From: a phage
Reading direction: 5' to 3' (one strand)
Sequence record: NC_130088.1
DNA length: 49,713 bases
A program made the position numbers and the translations under genes. Of this stretch, positions 38,920 to 46,949 are shown piece by piece (the first letter of the stretch is position 1; each line of letters begins with the position of its first letter). Under the pieces are notes generated by a model, which worked only from the letters and a program-made list of their open reading frames with translations, was not told where the DNA came from and ran no database searches.

Positions 38920-39200
38920 TAGATGTTCTCGCTAATAAACTGGATAACCTGGCGAAGATGTTTTTCATCTTTAATTAATGCTGGCAATTCTTCCATAACT
39001 TCTTTTTTAAGATAAATGTTTGCATTCCAGGTGAATGAGCCATCACCATTTACGCGGTAAGAGCAAAGCCATTCGCAATCATTATCAGATTCCCAAATGC
39101 ACAGCGTTTCAAATTCTTCAAACTTGTTGTAACCCGTTTCAATGCTTAACTCAATGCCACGTTTGCCAGCGAAGTTAGTAGTTGTTTTTGATACCATCAT
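38919..39200 (-). CDS. Hypothetical protein
   Basis: 93 aa. Confidence 0.4.
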   Translation of the reverse strand: MMVSKTTTNFAGKRGIELSIETGYNKFEEFETLCIWESDNDCEWLCSYRVNGDGSFTWNANIYLKKEVMEELPALIKDEKHLRQVIQFISENI

Positions 39201-39232
39201 TTTAAAATTCTCCGGTTCGTTTCGATGAATGC

Positions 39233-39275
39233 ATTATGCCAAAACAAACCGGATCGCTTTTAACAAAAAGTGCTA
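39233..39275 (-). promoter_or_regulatory. Conserved 19-bp box plus CATAAT (class-2 unit, minus strand)
   Basis: Box/gap/-10, CATCGAAAC leader. Confidence 0.5.
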
Positions 39276-39377
39276 TTTAATTAAAATACGAATACCTTTT
39301 CGCACGCTTTCCGTCGCCTCCGTAATGGTCATTAGCAACAGCAAGAATCCAAGCGTTAGGAATAAAAAATAGCTTCA

Positions 39378-39572
39378 TCAATCACTCTCCATGACAATTA
39401 CAGGCTCCAGGCGCTCAAGCACCACTTTGAAATCGGAGTAAAAAGTAGGGCGACGTTTTGTTAATTCCTCATATGTATCAGTTGCCAGGCAAGCGCGATC
39501 ACCTTCATAGCACACAACTCGCTTACCATTTGCGCGACTGATTGCAACGACGCGATAAGTATTATTGATCAT
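39378..39572 (-). CDS. Hypothetical protein
   Basis: 64 aa. Confidence 0.35.
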   Translation of the reverse strand: MINNTYRVVAISRANGKRVVCYEGDRACLATDTYEELTKRRPTFYSDFKVVLERLEPVIVMESD

Positions 39573-39805
39573 TTCATCACCTCAATTGAATAAATACTTT
39601 CAACTCCTGGCGCGTATAACCGATCTCCATCTTCAGTTATGCAAAGACAAAGGGCAAGGCCGCGATTGTCTGAAATATGCAAGTCATTTTGTCTATCCAT
39701 CAAAATTTCATATTCGCGATCTTCATCAAAGCGCCAAACGCTTAACATGCACTTTCCAGATGATTTAACTTTTACTTTCTTTCCGGCGAAATTTAAACGA
39801 CTCAT
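39569..39805 (-). CDS. Hypothetical protein
   Basis: 78 aa. Confidence 0.35.
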   Translation of the reverse strand: MSRLNFAGKKVKVKSSGKCMLSVWRFDEDREYEILMDRQNDLHISDNRGLALCLCITEDGDRLYAPGVESIYSIEVMK

Positions 39806-40020
39806 TGCGCCACCTCCACAGTTTCAAATACGGTATTGAATGCCAGAAGTTTAAATTTCTTGCCAGGCTCAACCACTGCGATATTCCAGGTAATGCCGCC
39901 GTGATATGCAACCATATCATCAATATCAACAGTAACCTCAGTACCTTTTTTGAACAATCCTTTTTCGTGGCTCGCATCGCGTACAGTAACCACAGTTTCG
40001 AATTGAGTTTGAATTTCCAT
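39802..40020 (-). CDS. Hypothetical protein
   Basis: 72 aa. Confidence 0.4.
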   Translation of the reverse strand: MEIQTQFETVVTVRDASHEKGLFKKGTEVTVDIDDMVAYHGGITWNIAVVEPGKKFKLLAFNTVFETVEVAQ

Positions 40021-40051
40021 CGTTAATCTCCTGATTGGTTTCGATGGGGTA

Positions 40052-40094
40052 ATTATATCAAGATACCCCGATCCGGTTTTAACAAAAAATGCTA
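40052..40094 (-). promoter_or_regulatory. Conserved 19-bp box plus TATAAT inside a hairpin loop (class-2 unit, minus strand)
   Basis: GGGGTA..TACCCC stem around the -10. Confidence 0.5.
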
Positions 40095-40095
40095 T

Positions 40096-40530
40096 TTACA
40101 GCCATTCGCCGGAAACAATGAAATCAGTGAAATCGTCATGATCCAAAATGCTGTGATAGCCAGTGCAATAATCATTTTTAACCATGTTACCACGCAAACG
40201 CACATAATCATCCTTTCGATCCGTAATCCAACGAATAAAGCGAGCGTTACGTTGTGGTATCGTTCCGGCGTAAGCCTCTTTGAATCCAATGTGTGCGATG
40301 AATGCCACAAAGCGGATTTGCAAGCCTGGATTGTCTTTCTTTGCCTCGTTAACCAGGTCGCGGAAGTTTTCACGCGTTGGCTTTACCGGAACCAATTCGC
40401 CTAACTCGATCATGCGGTTGAAGTCTGAAATGCTGGAATATGATTGCATAAACAGCCCATCGCTACCAAACATCACAACTCCGTTTTCGATGAAGTAAGT
40501 TTGTCCGTTGTATTTGTTTGTGTATTTCAT
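40096..40530 (-). CDS. Hypothetical protein
   Basis: 144 aa from internal ATG with GAGG SD. Confidence 0.45.
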   Translation of the reverse strand: MKYTNKYNGQTYFIENGVVMFGSDGLFMQSYSSISDFNRMIELGELVPVKPTRENFRDLVNEAKKDNPGLQIRFVAFIAHIGFKEAYAGTIPQRNARFIRWITDRKDDYVRLRGNMVKNDYCTGYHSILDHDDFTDFIVSGEWL

Positions 40531-40561
40531 CGTGAATTCCTCAGTTAGTTTCGATGAAGTA

Positions 40562-40604
40562 ATCATAGCAATTCGTGACTGATTGGTTTTAACAAAAAGT
40601 GCTA
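40562..40604 (-). promoter_or_regulatory. Conserved 19-bp box plus TATGAT (class-2 unit, minus strand), first unit of the leftward operon
   Basis: Box/gap/-10, CATCGAAAC leader. Confidence 0.5.
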
Positions 40605-40613
40605 TTCATGCAG

Positions 40614-40643
40614 TAGACCGATTGGTCTAGACCGTTTGGTCTA
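40614..40643. promoter_or_regulatory. Operator-like composite palindrome TAGACC-gatt-GGTCTAGACC-gttt-GGTCTA
   Basis: Three GGTCTA half-sites in alternating orientation; a fourth GGTCTA at about 41086. Confidence 0.4.
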
Positions 40644-40700
40644 ATGAACGCATCGTTTTGTGTATCGAACGCATTCATGATCCTGTTACGTGATCGTTAT

Positions 40701-40781
40701 ATGATCAGATGATGATTGATGTGTGAGATTTTGTGATTGAAATTGATTTGATTTGATTAGATTTGAGTAGTGAGTGAGTAG
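40701..40781. repeat. Iteron-like array of short direct repeats (GATT / TGATTGA / GTGAGT units) in AT-rich DNA
   Basis: Direct reading; no ORF. Confidence 0.5.
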
Positions 40782-41247
40782 AAATAATCACACCTTGCCG
40801 ATCAGTGAAAACTTTTCCCGCAAAACATCACTCCAGGCTACGCGCTGTTATCTTCCGTTCATGGGTGTTCACAAATCTATCCGGCGTAGTTCTCCGACGG
40901 TTCTATGTGTTAGCCACACAAAAAGAACAAAATAAAACTCTATATAATAATAATTAAAACAGTAAGTTATCTATATATATGTATTTATTTGTTTCTATAC
41001 TGTTTCTAATGTTCCATATGGTTAGTGGTGGGTGATATATTGTTGATGGTGGTATTTGGTTAATATTTAGCCTATTGCGCCTGGTCTAGTGGTGGATTGA
41101 GAAAAATATATTTATATATAGGAATCCGCGAAAATTCATGAACGTATGAACAGCCAAAGAACGCGTTTTCAATTTCAAGTAAAACATTCACTTACGCTGA
41201 AAATTTGTTCCACTATAGGTATGGAACGTAAGCACACAAAAAACTAC

Positions 41248-41276
41248 TTGACGAGAACAAATGGCGGCGATAATAT
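41248..41276 (+). promoter_or_regulatory. Sigma70-like promoter TTGACG-17-TAATAT (early promoter B)
   Basis: Hexamers read directly; leader and SD paralogous to promoter A. Confidence 0.65.
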
Positions 41277-41312
41277 GCCACAACGAACTAACCAACAGGA
41301 GGATAACCAATC

Positions 41313-41762
41313 ATGGCAACTACCAAAGAGTTTTGCGACAGCTTGCGTGAACTGGCGAAGAAGTTAGCAAGCGGAGAGCTTGATAATTACATCATTGCCG
41401 ATGCTCTTATCGAGGACAATCTCGACGAGCAAGACCGGAAGAAGGTCAACGCCTCATACATTCGCACGATCATGAATCGCGTCCCTGACGTGAAGGAGAT
41501 CGGAACGGTTTCAATTACTCGCACTGATCCGGTTGAGGAAGCGCCAGGGTTTAAGGTGGCAATCAACCGCGAGGCAAAGCGACAGGTATTCACAAAAAAT
41601 GATATTCCTGCACTGGAAAAGCGGATCGGTGAGCGAATCGCCAAGCGACTGCTAAACACAATGCCAAATATCACGGATCTGGAAGGTGAACAACTCCAGG
41701 GCGCGGCAATAGGAATTAAACGTTATCAGGATCTGATTAAGTCATTTGCAACGGGGGAATAA
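41313..41762 (+). CDS. Hypothetical protein
   Basis: 149 aa, SD AGGAGG. Confidence 0.5.
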   Translation: MATTKEFCDSLRELAKKLASGELDNYIIADALIEDNLDEQDRKKVNASYIRTIMNRVPDVKEIGTVSITRTDPVEEAPGFKVAINREAKRQVFTKNDIPALEKRIGERIAKRLLNTMPNITDLEGEQLQGAAIGIKRYQDLIKSFATGE

Positions 41763-41765
41763 ACC

Positions 41766-42014
41766 ATGAATTACGAAACCAAGGAAAATATTGCAAAGGT
41801 AATTATTGGCTCATTGGGTAAAGTTGAGCTAACCCAAAAGCAATGGGAGGAAATACAGGAAATTCACCGTAACATGATCTCGCCGCGAATCATCGTTAGA
41901 TCGAAAGGCAATGAGTTTAAATATGTTGCTGGTTCGCCAGCACTTAAAACGACAGTTAACGTGCTACTCAATAGCGGTGAAGAATTCGAAGTTGTCAAGG
42001 AGCGCGTAGATTGA
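41766..42014 (+). CDS. Hypothetical protein
   Basis: 82 aa. Confidence 0.45.
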   Translation: MNYETKENIAKVIIGSLGKVELTQKQWEEIQEIHRNMISPRIIVRSKGNEFKYVAGSPALKTTVNVLLNSGEEFEVVKERVD

Positions 42015-42110
42015 AAGCATTCGCCTTTGTCGCTGCAATGTGGTGTGTTGTTATTGATAGTACTGGCGTGGCGCTGGTTGTGTTAGGTCTGATTTTGTTG
42101 GGGGTGTTTG

Positions 42111-42224
42111 ATGAATAAGAAACTTTTAGATCATGCCGTGGTGTTCTTTATCGCTGCTGCTGGATTTTCGCTGTTGTCAATTGCTTTTTCAATCCTTGCT
42201 TTTGCCGTGTCAATGCTGAAATGA
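42111..42224 (+). CDS. Tiny hydrophobic peptide (37 aa, single predicted TM helix; below ORF-track cutoff)
   Basis: GGGGTG SD; hand-translated MNKKLLDHAVVFFIAAAGFSLLSIAFSILAFAVSMLK. Confidence 0.3.
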   Translation: MNKKLLDHAVVFFIAAAGFSLLSIAFSILAFAVSMLK

Positions 42225-42247
42225 CGGATTACATCCTGATTGGTAAA

Positions 42248-42290
42248 TAGCACTTTTTGTTAAAACTCAATTGGGGTGGTTTGGCATAAT
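42248..42290 (+). promoter_or_regulatory. Conserved 19-bp box plus CATAAT (class-2 unit)
   Basis: Box/gap/-10, CATCGAAAC leader. Confidence 0.5.
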
Positions 42291-42321
42291 TACCCCATCG
42301 AAACGAAACGAGGAAAACACA

Positions 42322-42480
42322 ATGACTACATTAATCACCTGGGAACACGAAGCAAGCCAGCCAGTAACCCGCGAGTTTGAAACTCTTAGCCAGGCTTATC
42401 TGCTGGCTGCTAACGGTGGTTATTACAAGGCGCAAGTCATTGATGAAATTGGGGTGATTGTTTATGAGTTTAAAGCGTGA
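42322..42480 (+). CDS. Small hypothetical protein
   Basis: 52 aa from ATG after GAGG SD. Confidence 0.35.
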   Translation: MTTLITWEHEASQPVTREFETLSQAYLLAANGGYYKAQVIDEIGVIVYEFKA

Positions 42481-42664
42481 TGTGGCCTACCAGAGTGCAT
42501 ACGGTACGCGCCAATACAAATGGGACGGCGTGAACGTTTGGACTCGCGGATTCCCTGGAGAGATCTGGAAGCAAGCAATTGGCTGGCCTCAACCGAACAT
42601 GACAAAAAATGATTTGGAATACTACGTTAACAAGGGTGAATTTAAGGAGTGTGAAAATGTTTGA
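42464..42664 (+). CDS. Hypothetical protein
   Basis: Overlapping start with upstream gene. Confidence 0.35.
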   Translation: MSLKRDVAYQSAYGTRQYKWDGVNVWTRGFPGEIWKQAIGWPQPNMTKNDLEYYVNKGEFKECENV

Positions 42665-42926
42665 ACTGAAACGCGTAACTGTTGAGATCCTGAATGATGG
42701 CTCTTACGATAGAATGAAACACTTAACCTTCCCGATCCGCATTGAGAATTGCATTGATTACGGTATTGAAGTTGGCATGGTTGACGTTCCTCTTGATGCA
42801 CTTATCGCGGCTGGCTATGACAAAGAGAAGGCCAATGTGCTGATATACCTGATAGCTATGAAAGCGACACACATTTTCCGTTCACCTATGGTGAATGCCG
42901 GATTGTTGATTGAGGTTATAAAATGA
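42657..42926 (+). CDS. Hypothetical protein
   Basis: 89 aa, SD AGGAGTG. Confidence 0.4.
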   Translation: MFELKRVTVEILNDGSYDRMKHLTFPIRIENCIDYGIEVGMVDVPLDALIAAGYDKEKANVLIYLIAMKATHIFRSPMVNAGLLIEVIK

Positions 42927-42987
42927 GCAGTTGGCACAATGAACATGTAATGCAATTCTACCGCCACAGAATAAAGAAAATGATCAA

Positions 42988-43030
42988 TAGCACGAATTGC
43001 TAAAACTAAATCATGGGCATTTGTTATAGT
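42988..43030 (+). promoter_or_regulatory. Conserved box (GAATTGC variant) plus TATAGT inside a hairpin (class-2 unit)
   Basis: GGGCA..TGCCC stem around the -10. Confidence 0.5.
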
Positions 43031-43064
43031 GCCCATCGTTGAGTTAAGCAAAGGAGAATCAACA

Positions 43065-43637
43065 ATGTTAAAAGCGAATGAAATCAACTTCCCGATCATC
43101 TTTAATTTTCCTGCTGATTATACAATGAAGAACATAACATTCGAAAATGATTCAGGCAATGGCACCTGGGCCAATGGGAATAAAAGCGGATTGCCGCTAT
43201 CATATTTCATTAAACAGCATAATGCTCAAAACCCATACAACACAGAGGGTAAGCCATATTTTTACAAAATGGCGGCAAAGAAAGAGAAAAAGCGAGAAGA
43301 TAACGATCTGTTAGATGCGCTGAAATATTTAAATATCAGGACTGGCCATGTTAATTTAAACGGTGCTGTATTTACTGCGTCAGTCGGATCTAAAGATTAC
43401 GATTACATTTGCAAGGTTGAAAATATGCCAGTTGGCGCAGCGCTTTTAGGTGTTCAGCGTGAAAGTGGCGAATGGGACGAGTTGAAATTTAAACCTCGCC
43501 GCATTGAAGTACACGACGATGTTATTTGCTTGCTTTCCGGTTATTCTGGAGGTTACAAGAGCGGCAATAATTACGGCGCTGAAATCAACATTAAGCGCGG
43601 CACTAACGTAAAAATCAAAAACAGCACGAATTGCTAA
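43065..43637 (+). CDS. Hypothetical protein ending NSTNC
   Basis: 190 aa, SD AAAGGAG; C-terminus encoded by the conserved box. Confidence 0.5.
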   Translation: MLKANEINFPIIFNFPADYTMKNITFENDSGNGTWANGNKSGLPLSYFIKQHNAQNPYNTEGKPYFYKMAAKKEKKREDNDLLDALKYLNIRTGHVNLNGAVFTASVGSKDYDYICKVENMPVGAALLGVQRESGEWDELKFKPRRIEVHDDVICLLSGYSGGYKSGNNYGAEINIKRGTNVKIKNSTNC

Positions 43638-43664
43638 AACAGAATTTTGGGCTTGCGGTATAGT
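43622..43664 (+). promoter_or_regulatory. Conserved box (GAATTGC variant) plus TATAGT (class-2 unit)
   Basis: Box/gap/-10. Confidence 0.5.
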
Positions 43665-43696
43665 AAGCCCATACCAAACAACGAGAGGATCACAAA

Positions 43697-44023
43697 ATGG
43701 AATTAGCACGTAACGCGGTTTATGGCTTACACCTTAAAGGCGGCAAAGGCTCAACTTATGCGCACCTTTTTCATGTTAACGAGCGTGGTCAGATGGATAT
43801 CGCAATGTTTGTTGACCAAAGGGTTAAGAAAGGTGGTGAGGGTGATTGTGATACATTCCGACCGGATTTAGTTGAATACGATCACACATACAGTCATGAT
43901 CACTGGATTGGTCACGGTCGCAAGTTTGTAATGGTTAATAGCCACGTTACCGACACAAGCAAAATCACTGCATCGCAGTATAAGCGCATGGCTCGCAAGG
44001 TTATGAAGTTAGAAGCGCAATAG
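43697..44023 (+). CDS. Hypothetical protein
   Basis: 108 aa, SD GAGAGGA. Confidence 0.45.
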   Translation: MELARNAVYGLHLKGGKGSTYAHLFHVNERGQMDIAMFVDQRVKKGGEGDCDTFRPDLVEYDHTYSHDHWIGHGRKFVMVNSHVTDTSKITASQYKRMARKVMKLEAQ

Positions 44024-44063
44024 CACGAAATGTTAAGCGGCCATGTGTGCTGATTGGTACAAT
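44021..44063 (+). promoter_or_regulatory. Degenerate conserved box plus TACAAT (class-2 unit)
   Basis: TAGCACGAAATGTTAAG, 22-nt gap, TACAAT. Confidence 0.4.
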
Positions 44064-44095
44064 GACCGCATCAACCAACAATAGAGGATAGAAAA

Positions 44096-44203
44096 ATGTC
44101 AAAAGAATCAATTAAGCAGTTTCTGAAATACGGCTCTATGATTGTGCTCGCTACCGTTGTGCTGGCTGGCATAGCTTACAGTGTCATCGAATTTGTGGGG
44201 TAA
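44096..44203 (+). CDS. Tiny membrane peptide (35 aa; below ORF-track cutoff)
   Basis: SD AGAGGA; hydrophobic core MIVLATVVLAGIAY. Confidence 0.35.
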   Translation: MSKESIKQFLKYGSMIVLATVVLAGIAYSVIEFVG

Positions 44204-44206
44204 TGG

Positions 44207-44749
44207 ATGTTTAAGATCGAATTGTGGGGGAAGGAATACGCTAATCACTACGTTGCAACAAAACAGCGTTTCGTGATTTTCGACCTGGATGGCACATTGT
44301 CAAATGGTGAGCACCGCTTGCACCTGTTGCCAACGGTTGATTTGCATCTTACTGAAAGCTGGAGTGAGTTTAATCGCGCCGCAAAGGATGATTCACCATT
44401 CATGGATAACATTTCCGTGTGCAACGCCATGTTTGACGCAGGATACCTGGTTATCATCCTAACTGGTCGAAGCGATGAAGTCGAAACGGAAACGCGATCA
44501 TGGTTGGCTGAAAACGGCGTTTCTTTCGATTGGCTGATTATGCGCCGCTCAAGCGATAATCGGAAAGATACCGTAATCAAAGAGGAAGTTTTACGGACTA
44601 TCGGCCTGGAGAATATCGTTGCGTGTTGGGATGACTCGCCAAACGTTATTGCGCACTTGCGCGGCATGGGATTGACTGTTTACCAGGTTATTGACTACGG
44701 CGACCAGTTGCACGATCACTTAAAGTCTCACGGAGTTGAAAAGCTATGA
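44207..44749 (+). CDS. HAD-superfamily phosphatase (possible polynucleotide 3'-phosphatase or nucleotidase)
   Basis: HAD motif I FDLDGT, motif II ILTGRS, motif IV WDDSPN. Confidence 0.7.
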   Translation: MFKIELWGKEYANHYVATKQRFVIFDLDGTLSNGEHRLHLLPTVDLHLTESWSEFNRAAKDDSPFMDNISVCNAMFDAGYLVIILTGRSDEVETETRSWLAENGVSFDWLIMRRSSDNRKDTVIKEEVLRTIGLENIVACWDDSPNVIAHLRGMGLTVYQVIDYGDQLHDHLKSHGVEKL

Positions 44750-44922
44750 AACTAAAATGCATCGGTGAATATCCAGGTTTTACGGTTGGCAACATGTACA
44801 ATGCAACAATCGGAATGGATCACACATTTTGTTATGAATGCTATGTTGTCATTGATGATGATGGTGATTCACGTAGCATTGATTTCGAAACAGAGGATTT
44901 TATAGAGGATCGTTATCTGTGA
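44746..44922 (+). CDS. Small hypothetical protein (58 aa; below ORF-track cutoff)
   Basis: ATGA coupling to upstream gene; acidic C-terminal half. Confidence 0.3.
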   Translation: MKLKCIGEYPGFTVGNMYNATIGMDHTFCYECYVVIDDDGDSRSIDFETEDFIEDRYL

Positions 44923-45019
44923 TTGAAAACTATGATCCAATGGCGTTTGCCTGGGGCGTTGGTGCTTTCGTGGTGGCGGTTGTGATTTGCTTATGGGATA
45001 TAAACCGGATGGATAGATA

Positions 45020-45205
45020 ATGCTTACTGCTTTTTTAATTTTGATTGTCATTATGCTTTACGTTTGCGGCGCTTTCCTGATGCGAGCGCTACTAAAAGAG
45101 GCTGACGCTGATGATAAGGATAGTTGGAAGCCGATTATTTTATGGCCTGGATATATCATCGTGCCGATTTACGAACTAATCCGCGATGGTGAGTTTAAGT
45201 GGTAA
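45020..45205 (+). CDS. Small membrane protein
   Basis: 61 aa, N-terminal TM helix. Confidence 0.4.
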   Translation: MLTAFLILIVIMLYVCGAFLMRALLKEADADDKDSWKPIILWPGYIIVPIYELIRDGEFKW

Positions 45206-45206
45206 A

Positions 45207-45249
45207 TAGCACTTTTTGCTAAAACTTGCTAAGGCACATTTGATAAAGT
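45207..45249 (+). promoter_or_regulatory. Conserved 19-bp box plus TAAAGT inside a hairpin (class-2 unit)
   Basis: GGCACA..TGTGCC stem. Confidence 0.5.
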
Positions 45250-45282
45250 GTGCCTTGTCGAGACAAGCAAGGAGAATGACAC

Positions 45283-45579
45283 ATGAAAGTTTTTATGATT
45301 AAACAGTTTGGAAGCACTGCATATTATATCATCAACGACGAGGGAGATATTTTCATTTCGAACTATCCGACTCTTGAAGTTGGGCGTCATTTCAGAAGTT
45401 CAGTTGACGAAAAAGGAATTATCAATATGGTTGAGTGTGGAATGATGGTTCCCTTCAATAAAGAAGCGGCTGAATTATTCCAGCAATCACAGATCCGAAA
45501 GCGCAACCGCAATATTATTTGCTTTACCGTCGCAATGGTTGTAACTGTTGGCTCAATCTTACTTGGAGTGTGGGCGTGA
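45283..45579 (+). CDS. Hypothetical protein with C-terminal TM segment
   Basis: 98 aa, SD AAGGAG. Confidence 0.45.
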   Translation: MKVFMIKQFGSTAYYIINDEGDIFISNYPTLEVGRHFRSSVDEKGIINMVECGMMVPFNKEAAELFQQSQIRKRNRNIICFTVAMVVTVGSILLGVWA

Positions 45580-45761
45580 TGAATCTTGATAATAAAGTTG
45601 AAACGCAAAAGACGATTGATTATCTGCGTGACCTTGCCGACAAGCTGGAGAATAACCAGATTCATTTAAATGAGATCGTTATTGAATCGCGCAACGTTTG
45701 TTGGAACGTTGAAGAAGAAACATTGACAATGCAAGTTTTAAAGGCGGTAGACAATGGCTAA
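45579..45761 (+). CDS. Hypothetical protein
   Basis: 60 aa from ATG overlapping upstream stop. Confidence 0.35.
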   Translation: MNLDNKVETQKTIDYLRDLADKLENNQIHLNEIVIESRNVCWNVEEETLTMQVLKAVDNG

Positions 45762-46329
45762 AATTATCATCCTTAACGCGCCTCCAGGTGCTGGTAAAGA
45801 CACAATCGGCAAGATGATTTCTTTCTATTCGCCTGGTGAGCAATGCCGCATCATTAGCTTTAAAGAGCCAATGTTTGACATTGCATTAGCTATCCTGGGC
45901 AAAGAGAACTATAAGCGCTTCATGTTGGCTTATGATGACAGAGAGCAGAAAGAAAGGCCGCAAACATTCCTGATGGGTATGTCACCGCGTGAGTTCATGA
46001 TCTGGATTAGCGAGGATGTAATCAAACCTAAATTCGGCAAGGATTATTTCGGCGTAAGGTTTAACCAGAAAGTAAAAGAGTGTGATGCTCCTGTTGTTTG
46101 CACTGATGGTGGTTTTCCAGATGAAATTATCGCTCTAATCAATGCTGGTAATGAGGTTAAGCTATGTCGATTGCATCGCGACGGGTTCACGTTTGCAGGT
46201 GATAGCCGCAACTACATTCGAATCAATCCATATTACCAGAAAAACGGATATAGTGAGCACGATTATAAATTGGTTGATAAGCAACCGAATGTAACTGTAA
46301 AGGAAATTATTAGCGATCACCTTAAATAG
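45754..46329 (+). CDS. P-loop nucleotide kinase (dNMP-kinase-like)
   Basis: Walker A PPGAGKDT near N-terminus; size about 190 aa. Confidence 0.55.
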   Translation: MAKIIILNAPPGAGKDTIGKMISFYSPGEQCRIISFKEPMFDIALAILGKENYKRFMLAYDDREQKERPQTFLMGMSPREFMIWISEDVIKPKFGKDYFGVRFNQKVKECDAPVVCTDGGFPDEIIALINAGNEVKLCRLHRDGFTFAGDSRNYIRINPYYQKNGYSEHDYKLVDKQPNVTVKEIISDHLK

Positions 46330-46369
46330 CACGAATTGCTAAAACTTGCGCAAGGCCATTTGTTATAGT
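46327..46369 (+). promoter_or_regulatory. Conserved box (GAATTGC variant) plus TATAGT inside a hairpin (class-2 unit)
   Basis: GGCC..GGCC stem around the -10. Confidence 0.5.
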
Positions 46370-46409
46370 GGCCTTATTCAAGAGAAGCAACCAATCAGAG
46401 GAATAAGCG

Positions 46410-46607
46410 ATGAAAATCAAATGCACAAAATCAAACACCCTGAATCTGACAGTTGGCGCGATTTACCACATGGAAGAAGGTGTAAACGGGTTTAGCCCAA
46501 CTGTAACGCATGAATACGGCGGTCACTTCTTCTTAAACGGTAAAGACGGATTATCTGTAAACGTTGGCTCTTTCGTACTTGCAGAATTTGAGATCGTGGA
46601 GGAATAA
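46410..46607 (+). CDS. Hypothetical protein
   Basis: 65 aa, SD AGAGGA. Confidence 0.4.
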   Translation: MKIKCTKSNTLNLTVGAIYHMEEGVNGFSPTVTHEYGGHFFLNGKDGLSVNVGSFVLAEFEIVEE

Positions 46608-46609
46608 AA

Positions 46610-46774
46610 ATGTTCTGGATTCATTCGCCGCAAGGGTTGCTTTATGTGCCTGGAGTTGAATTAGAAGAACGACGCGACGGCGACACGGTAAACATCATAA
46701 CGAAGGATTCAAAAGGCCACACTCTTAAAACGTATGTTTTTAACACTCCGGTTAAGGTCGAAAAAGATGATTAG
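46610..46774 (+). CDS. Small hypothetical protein (54 aa; below ORF-track cutoff)
   Basis: SD GGAGGA. Confidence 0.35.
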   Translation: MFWIHSPQGLLYVPGVELEERRDGDTVNIITKDSKGHTLKTYVFNTPVKVEKDD

Positions 46775-46949
46775 ATTTATTGGTTTTGTGGCATTGCTTA
46801 TGTGCGGAATATTGCTTACTGACAATGACACTTGGCAAAGCGCTGTTGGCGGTTTACTTATTTTTCTTGCTGGTGGCATGGTTGGCAGTGATGACGCAGC
46901 AAACAAGAATAAACTTTCCGATCATTTACGCAGAGAGACAAAACGATGA
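46767..46949 (+). CDS. Small membrane protein
   Basis: 60 aa with two hydrophobic segments. Confidence 0.35.
   Translation: MIRFIGFVALLMCGILLTDNDTWQSAVGGLLIFLAGGMVGSDDAANKNKLSDHLRRETKR

Noticed and set aside
40626-40631. TCTAGA (XbaI-like site) inside the GGTCTAGACC palindrome as a restriction-related signal
   Set aside because: The palindrome is part of a larger half-site array; the 6-bp site is most likely incidental
20139-41152. The two about 300-bp homologous non-coding blocks as LTR-like direct repeats bounding a mobile 20-kb segment
   Set aside because: Identity is only partial (roughly two thirds), no target-site duplication or transposase is present, and both copies are positioned as upstream regions of early operons, which favours paralogous regulatory regions
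41146-41367. 73-aa ORF spanning early promoter B
   Set aside because: It overlaps the -35/-10 hexamers and the SD of the downstream gene, has no SD of its own, and is not conserved as an ORF in the paralogous region A
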